Positions 1 to 12,900 are shown, counted from the first letter of the stretch. The stretch is 64,000 nt of DNA from Eledone cirrhosa (GCA_964016885.1 OZ024740.1:3100001-3164000); one strand, 5' to 3'. Notes: generated by a model not told the origin, from the sequence alone. Translations and numbers: made by a program.

Positions 1-8
1 GTGTTTCA

Positions 9-2135
9 ATGTCGAACCTAAACAGTTCGAATAACGGTGAAGTGGAGACTGGAATGTCATGTGACAGACTCTCACCCAGCAGGTGCTCCCTGGCTCAGCA
101 GCAGGGACCTGGCTGTCAACCAAATACTGCTGGTGTTGGAGGAAGAAGAAGGAAAGGGACCAGAACCAACTGGACGAAAGAATTGAATAGAACTGTTATG
201 CAATGTTACCTGAAGAGTAACCCCAAGGAAAATGGCTATAGGAAACGGATGCATAACATCTGGAACGAGATTGGACTATTTAAATTAGATGAACAAAAAT
301 CGGCTGGGCAGGCTCGGGTAATAAGAACTAATGGGTGGATAAGCGAGCTGGAAGTGGAGGAACTGAGCAGAGAGATTAGGTTGGAAATGGAGAGTGGAGT
401 ATGCCAGGCAAACGAGCCAGTGGGAAATAAAGGTGAAGAGGTTGAGAGAACGGAGGAACCATCCGAAGCAGACAATGATCTGAATGCTGAAATAAATAAT
501 ACCTGGAATAAAGATACGGCCATTGAGGAAATGAATGATTTACGGGCTAGGACAAGATTTGGTTGATATCCTAAACTTAGTGGTAGATGGAATGAACAAT
601 GATAGTGGGAAACTTATGAACCTAAGATTTGTAGACAGGAAAAAGTTAAAAGAAACAACAGCTAAGGTAAACAAAGTTATCTTGGATAACCAAAAGCCTA
701 GAGATCTTGAAGGTGGCAGATAACATCAGACAGTTGTTGGGTAAAAGTATGAAGTCCTGGAAAACAGAGTTAACATCAGCTGGAGAATCCTTGGGAGGCG
801 TGAAGATCAAGAGAGGTATCTTCCAGGGAGATAGTTTGTCCCATCTGTTGTTTGTCCTTGCCCTGATGCCCCTGACCATTATACTGCGAAAAGTGAGAGC
901 AGGATACAAGTTGGGAAAGGGAGGGCTTACCATCAATCGCCTCCTCTTCATGGACGATCTTAAACTCTTTGGGAAGAGTGAGAAGGAGTTGGATGTACTT
1001 GTTGACACTGTCCGTATTTTCAGCAATGATATATGTATGCAATTTGGTATTAGTAAGTGTGGAGTCCTTGTGATGAAGAGGGGTAAATTGAGCAGAAGCA
1101 ACGGAATCCAGGTACCAACAGGTGAGATGATAAAGGAAATTGACACTGAAGAAGGATACAAGAGGAGTGATGTCGATAGACTCTATTTAAGGAGATCTGA
1201 AGGTGGAAGAGGTCTTATCAGCATAGAGGACTGTGTTCAGATGGAGAAAAACAACCTACACAAATACATGACCGATAGTAAGGAGCCAATGCTCAGAATT
1301 GTACTGAAGGAGAGGACAATAGACCAGGGGATGTCCAAGGAGGAAATAACAACGAGGAGAAAGAGCAACCTTCATGAAAAATCCCTTCATAGTACCTTCT
1401 TTGAGAAAACGGAATTCAGAGATCCACAGACATGGAACTGGTTGAGAAGAGGAGACCTTAAAAAGGCTACAGAAGGAATGCTAATGGCTGCGCAAGAGCA
1501 GGCCCTCAAAATGAAGTGGCTGAAACACCATATTTACAAGGAGCAGGTTAGCCCACTGTGCAGGATCTGTGGAGAGAGAGAGGAGACTGTGGCTCACATT
1601 GTGTTGTCCGAGTGTAAACACCTAGCCCAAACTCACTATAAAGGCTGGAGACATGATGTGATGGGCAGAGTGATCCACTGGCACCTATGCAAAGTAAACA
1701 ATTTACCACATTCTGAGAAGTGGTATGAGCATAAGCCAGAGTCGGTGATAGAAAACGATCAGGTGAAGGTGCTATGGGATTTTAGGATACAGACGGACAA
1801 GAAACTGGAACACAGTAGACCTGACCTGGTGGTTTTGGACAAGGAAAAAAAGATTGTGCCTGATTGTGGATGTGACCTGCCCATTTGACACGAGAGTGCA
1901 AGAGAATGAGAGAGAGAAAATTAATCAATTCCAGGACTTAAAGTGGGAGGTAAAAAGGATTTGGAACTGCCATAAAGTCAAAGTGGTCCCGATTGTCATA
2001 GGCGCACTGGGGACTATCTCCAAAAGTTTCCAGGGATGGTTAAAGAAAATTGGCCCAGCCCCGCTTTTTGGAACACTTCAAAAGGCATGCTTGCTGGGAA
2101 CAGCAAGAACCCTCCGATACGTCCTGAATATCTGA
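9..2135 (+). pseudogene. Disrupted RT/RLE polyprotein of retrotransposon copy 1
   Basis: Split over four ORFs (9-566, 535-723, 707-1888, 1854-2135). Frameshifts near 540 and at the A-run near 1845-1852. Apparent deletions near 681 (N-terminus joins WITKSLEILKVADN, early RT motifs absent) and near 1162 (EGYK joined directly to RSDVDRLY, YLG motif absent). Confidence 0.85.
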
Positions 2136-2161
2136 GGCTGCAGGTAGTGGCTTGATATTCA
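2125..2161 (+). other. 3' stem-loop of retrotransposon copy 1
   Basis: TGAATATC-[TG bulge]-AGGCTGC-loop AGGTA-GTGGCTT-GATATTCA; paired by eye, including G-U pairs. Confidence 0.6.
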
Positions 2162-2212
2162 TTTCAACAAACTTTCCAGTTAACTAACATCAATGACTGA
2201 GACTCAAAGAAC

Positions 2213-2226
2213 AATAATAATAATAA
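2213..2226. repeat. (AAT)n microsatellite: tail of copy 1 and insertion site of copy 2
   Basis: aataataataataa between the two elements. Confidence 0.85.
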
Positions 2227-3134
2227 GCATCAAAAGATCATATACCATTACAAAAGATGCACAAAGATACAGTAATGGACTACAAATTTCAGAAGTTCCA
2301 TTTACTGCTGAAATGAAAAACACAGAAAAAGCAAAGCAGGTAAAAGTAACTGCAAAGAAAGAACTGCTACAGAAACTGGCTAAGAAATGGCAAGAAAAGC
2401 CTCTGTATGGAAAATACCAGAAAGATGTTGATGTTGACAAAACTTTAACCCATCAGTGGTTGGCATCCGCTGGACTGAAATCGGAGACTGAAGGACTGAT
2501 TATATCAGCACAAGATCAGTGTCTGCCAACAAAAAATTACCAAGCCAACATAATAAAAAATGGATGCAACCCATTATGCCGTGTATGTAAAAAACAACCA
2601 GAGACCATTGATCATATAATTTCAATGTGCAGTCCTATAGCTCCAACCGAATACCTAAAAAGGCATGACAGAGCTGCACAATACAAACATTGGATAATGT
2701 GTAAACATTTTGATCTTCCTCGTCAAAAGAATTGGTGGGAGCATCAACCACCTCCCATACTTGAAAAAGATCACATCTCAATCTTGTGGAACTTTAGCAT
2801 CCAAACAGACCGAAAAATAAATGCAAATAGATCTGATATAATACTGAAGGACTTAAAAAAGAGGGTATGCCTGCTAATTGATATGTCCGTTCCAATAGAC
2901 AAGAATGTATCTATAAAAACATTTGAAAAATTGAGCAAGTATAAGGACCTGGAAATAGAAATTGGAAAAATGTGGAAATTGAGAACTAAAACAATACCAG
3001 TGGTTGTAGGCGCTCTAGGAATGATACCTAAGGAGTCTAATGATTACTTATCCCAAATCCCAGGAAACCCACGTATAGGAAAAATACAAAATATGGGAAC
3101 TGCCCATATATTAAGGAAGATTCTGTCAATATAA
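2227..3134 (+). pseudogene. C-terminal zinc-knuckle/RLE fragment of copy 2
   Basis: The ORF track start (2193) lies in the 3' UTR/TAA tail of copy 1. There is no RT domain, the PD motif reads SD, and short deletions are likely. Confidence 0.8.
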
Positions 3135-3207
3135 GTACATCACAAGTCTAAACACCTAAAGATGCATGTGTGTGTATGTATGTTCTTTCTTGAACATGGC
3201 GGACCTT

Positions 3208-3246
3208 GTTGTCTCTTGAGGTCACTGGTTGTGACTTGGTGATAAC
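3208..3246 (+). other. 3' stem-loop of retrotransposon copy 2
   Basis: GTTGTCtCT-[TG bulge]-AGGTCAC-loop TGGTT-GTGACTT-GGtGATAAC; same architecture as in copy 1. Confidence 0.6.
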
Positions 3247-3279
3247 TCGTATGAACATAAAGAAAGTTAAATGCAACTG

Positions 3280-3301
3280 TAATAATAATAATAATAATAA
3301 T
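3280..3301. repeat. (TAA)7 microsatellite tail of copy 2
   Basis: Perfect TAA x7 directly after the 3' UTR. Confidence 0.9.
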
Positions 3302-3600
3302 GCTTTCTCTATTAACCACAAGGGTTGTCACAAAGTATAACATTAAGGACAAAACAGGACTGTGTTCAGTGCTCAGGTGCACTACAACTCATCAAACCAT
3401 TTTCGTACTTAATTCCACTATATTTTGATGCACAATATTAAATAAATTATATTTCTCAATGAAAATTGAAATAAACCAAACAAGAATTTATATTTTATTA
3501 ATTCAATTTGTCTGTAAATGTCTCAAAATAAATTTTTGTTTATAATTGTTTTTATTGTAATTTGAATAATATAGTATTTATCACGTGATCTTTTAAATAT

Positions 3601-3620
3601 TACTTACCTGAAAATATAAG
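3601..3620 (-). promoter_or_regulatory. Juxtaposed 3'/5' splice-site consensus (candidate recursive splice site, or donor of a cryptic exon)
   Basis: Minus strand reads CTTATATTTTCAG|GTAAGTA (CAG at 3610-3608, GTAAGT at 3607-3602), on the same strand as the Epac exon. Confidence 0.45.
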
Positions 3621-3681
3621 TTCCTCAAAATGATATTTTCCAGTGATTTTGAAAAAATATGTATCTACAAACCTCCTATTA

Positions 3682-3934
3682 AACATACACACACATGCAT
3701 TCATACATACACTTCAGTAAATAAAAACAGACAATACACATTCACACGATGATGAGCATCATCATCAGCTCTCTCTCTCTTTCTCTCTCATTAAAGCACA
3801 CACAAACACAAAAACAGATGCAAACACACAAACGCATGCAAAGACTAACACACATATACATACACACATACTTACATAAACATTGAGATACACACTCATA
3901 CAAACACATGCAGGCATAAACACACAAACACAAC
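3682..3934. repeat. Low-complexity CA-rich tract with an embedded (CT)n run near 3769-3789
   Basis: Imperfect ACAC/ACAT/ACAA repeats and ctctctctct. Confidence 0.85.
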
Positions 3935-6900
3935 CAAGTACAGAGACAAGTAGAAGCCATCATCACCCCCCACAGAGAGATACAAGTACAGAGACAAGTA
4001 GAAGCCATCATCACCCCCCACACAGAGATACAAGTACAGAGACAAGTAGAAGACATCATCACCCCCCACACAGAGATACAAGTACAGAGACAAGTAGAAG
4101 ACATCATCACCCCCCACACAGAGATACAAGTACAGAGACAAGTAGAAGACATCATCACCCCCCACACAGAGATACAAGTACAGAGACAAGTAGAAGATAT
4201 CATCACCCCCCACACAGAGATACAAGTACAGAGACAAGTAGAATATATCATCACCCCCCACACAGAGATACAAGTACAGAGACAAGGAGCAGACATCATC
4301 ACCCCCCACACAGAGATACAAGTACAGAGACAAGTAGAAGACAGCGTCACCCCCCACACAGAGATACAAGTACAGAGACAAGTAGAAGATATCATCACCC
4401 CCCACACAGAGATACAAGTACAGAGACAAGTAGAAGGTATCATCACCCCCCACACAGAGATACAAGTACAGAGACAAGTAGAAGCCATCATCACCCCCTA
4501 CACAGAGATACAAGTACAGAGACAAGTAGAAGATATCATCAGCCCCCACACAGAGATACAAGTACAGAGACAAGTAGAAGCCATCATCACCCCCCACACA
4601 GAGATACAAGTACAGAGACAAGTAGAAGCCATCATCACCCCCCACACAGAGATACAAGTACAGAGACAAGTAGAAGACATCATCACCCCCCCACACAGAG
4701 ATACAAGTACAGAGACAAGTAGAAGACATCATCACCCCCCACACAGAGATACAAGTACAGAGACAAGTAGAAGACATCATCACCCCCACACAGAGATACA
4801 AGTACTGAGACAAGTAGAAGCCATCATCACCCCCCACACAGAGATAAAAGTACAGAGACAAGTAGAAGATATCATCACCCCCCACACATAGATACAAGTA
4901 CAGAGACAAGTAGAAGATATCATCACCCCCACACAGAGATACAAGTACAGAGACAAGTAGAAGATATCATCACCCCCCATACAGAGATACAAGTACAGAG
5001 ACAAGTAGAAGATATCATCACCCCCCACACAGAGATACAAGTACAGAGACAAGTAGAAGATATCATCACCCCCCACACAGAGATACAAGTACAGAGACAA
5101 GTAGAAGATATCATCACCCCCCACACAGAGATACAAGTACAGAGACAAGTAGAAGCCATCATCACCCCCCACACAGAGATGCAAATACAGAGACAAGTAG
5201 AAGACATCATCACCCCCCACACAGAGATATAAGTACAGAGACAAGTAGAAGATATCATCACCCCCCACACAGAGATACAAGTACAGAGACAAGTAGAAGC
5301 CATCATCACCCCCCACACAGAGATACAAGTACAGAGACAAGTAGAAGATATCATCACCCCCCACACAGAGATACAAGTACAGAGACAAATAGAAGCCATC
5401 ATCACCCCCACACATAGATACAAGTACAGAGACAAGTAGAAGACATCATCACCCCCCACACAGAGATACAAGTACAGAGACAAGTAGAAGCCATCATCAC
5501 CCCCCACACAGAGATACAAGTACAAAGACAAGTAGAAGACATCATCACCCCCCACACAGAGATACAAGTACAGAGACAAGTAGAAGACATCATCACCCCC
5601 CACACAGAGATACAAGTACAGAGACAAGTAGAAGACATCATCACCCCCCACACAGAGATACAAGTACAGAGACAAGTAGAAGCCATCATCACCCCCCACA
5701 CAGAGATACAAGTACAAAGACAAGTAGAAGACATCATCACCCCCCACACAGAGATACAAGTACAGAGACAAGTAGAAGACATCATCACCCCCCACACAGA
5801 GATACAAGTACAGAGACAAGTAGAAGACATCATCACCCCCCACACAGAGATACAAGTACAGAGACAAGTAGAAGATATCATCACCCCCCACACAGAGATA
5901 CAAGTACAGAGACAAGTAGAATATATCATCACCCCCCACACAGAGATACAAGTACAGAGACAAGGAGCAGACATCATCACCCCCCACACAGAGATACAAG
6001 TACAGAGACAAGTAGAAGACAGCGTCACCCCCCACACAGAGATACAAGTACAGAGACAAGTAGAAGATATCATCACCCCCCACACAGAGATACAAGTACA
6101 GAGACAAGTAGAAGGTATCATCACCCCCCACACAGAGATACAAGTACAGAGACAAGTAGAAGCCATCATCACCCCCTACACAGAGATACAAGTACAGAGA
6201 CAAGTAGAAGATATCATCAGCCCCCACACAGAGATACAAGTACAGAGACAAGTAGAAGCCATCATCACCCCCCACACAGAGATACAAGTACAGAGACAAG
6301 TAGAAGCCATCATCACCCCCCACACAGAGATACAAGTACAGAGACAAGTAGAAGACATCATCACCCCCCCACACAGAGATACAAGTACAGAGACAAGTAG
6401 AAGACATCATCACCCCCCACACAGAGATACAAGTACAGAGACAAGTAGAAGACATCATCACCCCCACACAGAGATACAAGTACTGAGACAAGTAGAAGCC
6501 ATCATCACCCCCCACACAGAGATAAAAGTACAGAGACAAGTAGAAGATATCATCACCCCCCACACATAGATACAAGTACAGAGACAAGTAGAAGATATCA
6601 TCACCCCCACACATAGATACAAGTACAGAGACAAGTAGAAGATATCATCACCCCCCATACAGAGATACAAGTACAGAGACAAGTAGAAGATATCATCACC
6701 CCCCACACAGAGATACAAGTACAGAGACAAGTAGAAGATATCATCACCCCCCACACAGAGATACAAGTACAGAGACAAGTAGAAGATATCATCACCCCCC
6801 ACACAGAGATACAAGTACAGAGACAAGTAGAAGCCATCATCACGCCCCACACAGAGATGCAAGTACAGAGACAAGTAGAAGACATCATCACCCCCCACAC

Positions 6901-9900
6901 AGAGATATAAGTACAGAGACAAGTAGAAGATATCATCACCCCCCACACAGAGATACAAGTACAGAGACAAGTAGAAGCCATCATCACCCCCCACACAGAG
7001 ATACAAGTACAGAGACAAGTAGAAGATATCATCACCCCCCACACAGAGATACAAGTACAGAGACAAATAGAAGCCATCATCACCCCCACACATAGATACA
7101 AGTACAGAGACAAGTAGAAGACATCATCACCCCCCACACAGAGATACAAGTACAGAGACAAGTAGAAGCCATCATCACCCCCCACACAGAGATACAAGTA
7201 CAAAGACAAGTAGAAGACATCATCACCCCCCACACAGAGATACAAGTACAGAGACAAGTAGAAGATATCATCACCCCCCACACAGAGATGCAAGTACAGA
7301 GACAAGTAGAAGCCATCCTCACCCCCCACACAGAGATACAAGTAGAAGCCATCATCACCCCCCACACAGAGATGCAAGTACAGAGACAAGTAGAAGCCAT
7401 CATCACCCCCCACACAGAGATACAAGTAGAAGACATCATCACACCCCACACAGAGATACAAGTACAGAGACAAGTAGAAGCCATCATCCCCCCACACAGA
7501 GATACAAGTACAGAGACAAGTAGAAGCCATCACCCCCCCCCCCCCCCACACACAGAGATACCAGTACAGAGACAAGTACAAGATATCATCACCCCCCACA
7601 CAGAGATACAAGTACAGAGACAAGTAGAAGCCATCATCACCCCCCACACAGAGATACAAGTACAGAGACAAGTAGAAGCCATCGTCACCCCCACACAGAG
7701 ATACAAGTACAGAGACGAATAGAAGATATCATCACCCCCCACACAGAGATACAAGTACAGAGACAAGTAGAAGCCATCATCACCCCCACACAGAGATACA
7801 AGTACAGAGACAAGTAGAAGATATCATCACCCCCCACACAGAGATACAAGTACAGAGACAAGTAGAAGCCATCATCCCCCCACACACAGAGATACAAGTA
7901 CAGAGACAAGTAGAAGCCATCGTCACCCCCCACACAGAGATACAAGTACAGAGACAAGTAGAAGCCATCATCACCCCCACACAGAGATACAAGTACAGAG
8001 ACAAGTAGAAGCCATCACCCCCCCCCCACACACACACACACACAGAGATACAAGTACAGAGACAAGTAAAAGACATCATCACCCCCCATACAGAGATGCA
8101 AGTAGAGAGACAAGTAGAAGACATCATCACCCCCACACAGAGATACAAGTACAGAAACAAGTAGAAGACATCATCACCCCCTACACAGAGAGACAAGTAC
8201 AGAGACAAGTAGAAGATATCATCAGCCCCCCACACAGAGATACAAGTACAGAGACAAGTAGAAGATATCATCACCCCCCACACAGAGATACAAGTACAGA
8301 GACAAGTAGAAGCCATCATCACCCCCACACAGAGATACAAGTACAGAGACAAGTAGAAGATATCATCACCCCCCACACAGAGATACAAGTACAGAGACAA
8401 GTAGAAGATATCATCACCCCCCACACAGAGATACACGTACAGAGACAAGTAGAAGACATCATCACCCCCACACAGAGATACAAGTACAGAGACAAGTAGA
8501 AGCCATCATCACCCCCCACACAGAGATACAAGTACAGAGACAAGTAGAAGATATCATCACCCCCCCCACACAGAGATACAAGTACAGAGACAAGTAGAAG
8601 ATATCATCACCCCCCACACAGAGATACACGTACAGAGACAAGTAGAAGACATCATCATCCCCCACACAGAGATACAAGTACAGAGACAAGTAGAAGATAT
8701 CATCACCACCCACACAGAGATACAAGTACAGAGACAAGTAGAAGACATCATCACACCCCACACAGAGATACAAGTACAGAGACAAGTAGAAGACATCATC
8801 ACCCCCCACACAGAGATACAAGTACAGAGACAAGTAGAAGACATCATCACCCCCCACACAGAGATACAAGTACAGAGACAAGTAGAAGACATCATCACCA
8901 CCCACACAGAGATACAAGTACAGAGACAAGTAGAAGGTATCATCACCCACCACACAGAGATGCAAGTACAGAGGCAAGTAGAAGCCATCATCCCCCCCAC
9001 ACAGAGATACAAGTACAGAGACAAGTAGAAGATATCATCACCCCCCACACAGAGATGCAAGTACAGAGACAAGTAGAAGCCATCATCACCCCCACACAGA
9101 GATACAAGTAGAAGCCATCATCACCCCCCACACAGAGATGCAAGTACAGAGACAAGTAGAAGCCATCATCACCCCCCACACAGAGATACAAGTACAGAGA
9201 CAAGTAGAAGCCATCATCCCCCACACAGAGAGATACAAGTACAGAGACAAGTAGAAGCCATCATCCCCCCCACACAGAGATACAAGTACAGAGACAAGTA
9301 GAAGATATCATCACCCCCACACAGAGATAAAAGTACAGAGACAAGTAGAAGATATCATCACCCCCCACACAGAGATACAAGTACAGATACAAGTAGAAGC
9401 CATCATCACCCCCCACACAGAGATGCAAGTACAGAGACAAGTAGAGCCATCATCACCCCCACACAGAGATACAAGTAGAAGCCATCATCACCCCCCACAC
9501 AGAGATGCAAGTACAGAGACAAGTAGAAGCCATCATCACCCCCCAAACAGAGATACAAGTACAGAGACAAGTAGAAGCCATCATCCCCCACACACAGAGA
9601 TACAAGTACAGAGACAAGTAGAAGCCATCATCCCCCCCACACAGAGATACAAGTACAGAGACAAGTAGAAGATATCATCACCCCCCACACAGAGATACAA
9701 GTACAGAGACAAGTAGAAGCCATCATCCCCCCACACACAGAGATACAAGTACAGAGACAAGTAGAAGCCATCGTCACCCCCCACACAGAGATACAAGTAC
9801 AGAGACAAGTAGAAGCCATCATCACCCCCACACAGAGATACAAGTACAGAGACAAGTAGAAGCCATCACCCCCCCCCCCCACACACACACACAGAGATAC

Positions 9901-12900
9901 AAGTACAGAGACAAGTAAAAGACATCATCACCCCCCATACAGAGATGCAAGTAGAGAGACAAGTAGAAGACATCATCACCCCCACACAGAGATACAAGTA
10001 CAGAAACAAGTAGAAGACATCATCACCCCCTACACAGAGAGACAAGTACAGAGACAAGTAGAAGATATCATCAGCCCCCCACACAGAGATACAAGTACAG
10101 AGACAAGTAGAAGATATCATCACCCCCCACACAGAGATACAAGTACAGAGACAAGTAGAAGCCATCATCACCCCCACACAGAGATACAAGTACAGAGACA
10201 AGTAGAAGATATCATCACCCCCCACACAGAGATACAAGTACAGAGACAAGTAGAAGATATCATCACCCCCCACACAGAGATACACGTACAGAGACAAGTA
10301 GAAGACATCATCACCCCCACACAGAGATACAAGTACAGAGACAAGTAGAAGCCATCATCACCCCCCACACAGAGATACAAGTACAGAGACAAGTAGAAGA
10401 TATCATCACCCCCCCACACAGAGATACAAGTACAGAGACAAGTAGAAGATATCATCACCCCCCACACAGAGATGCAAGTACAGAGACAAGTAGAAGCCAT
10501 CATCACCCCCACACAGAGATACAAGTAGAAGCCATCATCACCCCCCACACAGAGATGCAAGTACAGAGACAAGTAGAAGCCATCATCACCCCCCACACAG
10601 AGATACAAGTACAGAGACAAGTAGAAGCCATCATCCCCCACACAGAGAGATACAAGTACAGAGACAAGTAGAAGCCATCATCCCCCCCACACAGAGATAC
10701 AAGTACAGAGACAAGTAGAAGATATCATCACCCCCCACACAGAGATAAAAGTACAGAGACAAGTAGAAGATATCATCACCCCCCACACAGAGATACAAGT
10801 ACAGATACAAGTAGAAGCCATCATCACCCCCCACACAGAGATGCAAGTACAGAGACAAGTAGAGCCATCATCACCCCCACACAGAGATACAAGTAGAAGC
10901 CATCATCACCCCCCACACAGAGATGCAAGTACAGAGACAAGTAGAAGCCATCATCACCCCCCAAACAGAGATACAAGTACAGAGACAAGTAGAAGCCATC
11001 ATCCCCCACACACAGAGATACAAGTACAGAGACAAGTAGAAGCCATCATCCCCCCCACACAGAGATACAAGTACAGAGACAAGTAGAAGATATCATCACC
11101 CCCCACACAGAGATACAAGTACAGAGACAAGTAGAAGCCATCATCCCCCCACACACAGAGATACAAGTACAGAGACAAGTAGAAGCCATCGTCACCCCCC
11201 ACACAGAGATACAAGTACAGAGACAAGTAGAAGCCATCATCACCCCCACACAGAGATACAAGTACAGAGACAAGTAGAAGCCATCACCCCCCCCCCCCAC
11301 ACACACACACACAGAGATACAAGTACAGAGACAAGTAAAAGACATCATCACCCCCCATACAGAGATGCAAGTAGAGAGACAAGTAGAAGACATCATCACC
11401 CCCACACAGAGATACAAGTACAGAAACAAGTAGAAGACATCATCACCCCCTACACAGAGAGACAAGTACAGAGACAAGTAGAAGATATCATCAGCCCCCC
11501 ACACAGAGATACAAGTACAGAGACAAGTAGAAGATATCATCACCCCCCACACAGAGATACAAGTACAGAGACAAGTAGAAGCCATCATCACCCCCACACA
11601 GAGATACAAGTACAGAGACAAGTAGAAGATATCATCACCCCCCACACAGAGATACAAGTACAGAGACAAGTAGAAGATATCATCACCCCCCACACAGAGA
11701 TACACGTACAGAGACAAGTAGAAGACATCATCACCCCCACACAGAGATACAAGTACAGAGACAAGTAGAAGCCATCATCACCCCCCACACAGAGATACAA
11801 GTACAGAGACAAGTAGAAGATATCATCACCCCCCCACACAGAGATACAAGTACAGAGACAAGTAGAAGATATCATCACCCCCCACACAGAGATGCAAGTA
11901 CAGAGACAAGTAGAAGCCATCATCACCCCCACACAGAGATACAAGTAGAAGCCATCATCACCCCCCACACAGAGATGCAAGTACAGAGACAAGTAGAAGC
12001 CATCATCACCCCCCACACAGAGATACAAGTACAGAGACAAGTAGAAGCCATCATCCCCCACACAGAGAGATACAAGTACAGAGACAAGTAGAAGCCATCA
12101 TCCCCCCCACACAGAGATACAAGTACAGAGACAAGTAGAAGATATCATCACCCCCCACACAGAGATAAAAGTACAGAGACAAGTAGAAGATATCATCACC
12201 CCCCACACAGAGATACAAGTACAGATACAAGTAGAAGCCATCATCACCCCCCACACAGAGATGCAAGTACAGAGACAAGTAGAGCCATCATCACCCCCAC
12301 ACAGAGATACAAGTAGAAGCCATCATCACCCCCCACACAGAGATGCAAGTACAGAGACAAGTAGAAGCCATCATCACCCCCCAAACAGAGATACAAATAC
12401 AGAGACAAGTAGAAGCCATCATCCCCCACACACAGAGATACAAGTACAGAGACAAGTAGAAGCCATCATCCCCCCCACACAGAGATACAAGTACAGAGAC
12501 AAGTAGAAGATATCATCACCCTCCACACAGAGATGCAAGTACAGAGACGAGTAGAAGCCATCATCCCCCCCACACAGAGATACAAGTACAGAGAAAAGTA
12601 GAAGATATCATCACCCCCCACACAGAGATACAAGTACAGAGACAAGTAGAAGCCATCATCACCCCCCACACAGAGATACAAGTACAGAGACAAGTAGAAG
12701 CCATCATCACCCCCCACACAGAGATACAAGTACAGAGACAAGTAGAAGACATCATCACCCCCCACACAGAGATACAAGTACAGAGACAATTAGAAGACAT
12801 CGTCAACCCACACAGAGATACAAGTACAGAGACAAGTAGAAGCCATCATCCCCCCCCACACACAGAGATACAAGTACAGAAACAAGTAGAAGCCATCGTC

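Larger units (their letters stand above)
1..2226 (+). mobile_element. R4/Dong-clade non-LTR retrotransposon (RLE-type LINE), copy 1; internally deleted and frameshifted, 5' end probably outside the window
   Basis: N-terminal block WTKELNRTVMQCY...GYRKRMHNIW typical of R4/Dong ORFs; RT motifs RGIFQGDSLS and LLFMDDLKLF; RLYLRRSEGGRGL; CCHC knuckle CRICGEREETVAHIVLSEC followed by RHD; endonuclease WDFRIQTD...RPDLVV...DVTCPFD; stop at 2133-2135, short 3' UTR, (AAT)n tail at 2213-2226. Confidence 0.9.
2227..3301 (+). mobile_element. R4/Dong-clade non-LTR retrotransposon, copy 2; 5'-truncated, a different subfamily from copy 1
   Basis: Only the C-terminal part is present: WQEKPLYGKY, ETEGLIISAQDQCL, CCHC knuckle CRVCKKQPETIDHIISMC, RHD, WNFSIQTD...RSDII...DMSVP...EKLSKYKDL, GTAHILRKILSI*. 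Stop at 3132-3134, about 145 bp 3' UTR, (TAA)7 tail at 3280-3300. Protein is clearly divergent from copy 1. Confidence 0.9.

Noticed and set aside
707-3134. Bacterial retron, group II intron or RT-nuclease defence system
   Set aside because: The domain order RT, CCHC, PD-(D/E)xK with TAA tails is that of eukaryotic RLE non-LTR retrotransposons.
72-3382. Short minus-strand ORFs over the retrotransposons
   Set aside because: Antisense shadows with no recognisable motifs. None resembles the next Epac exon.
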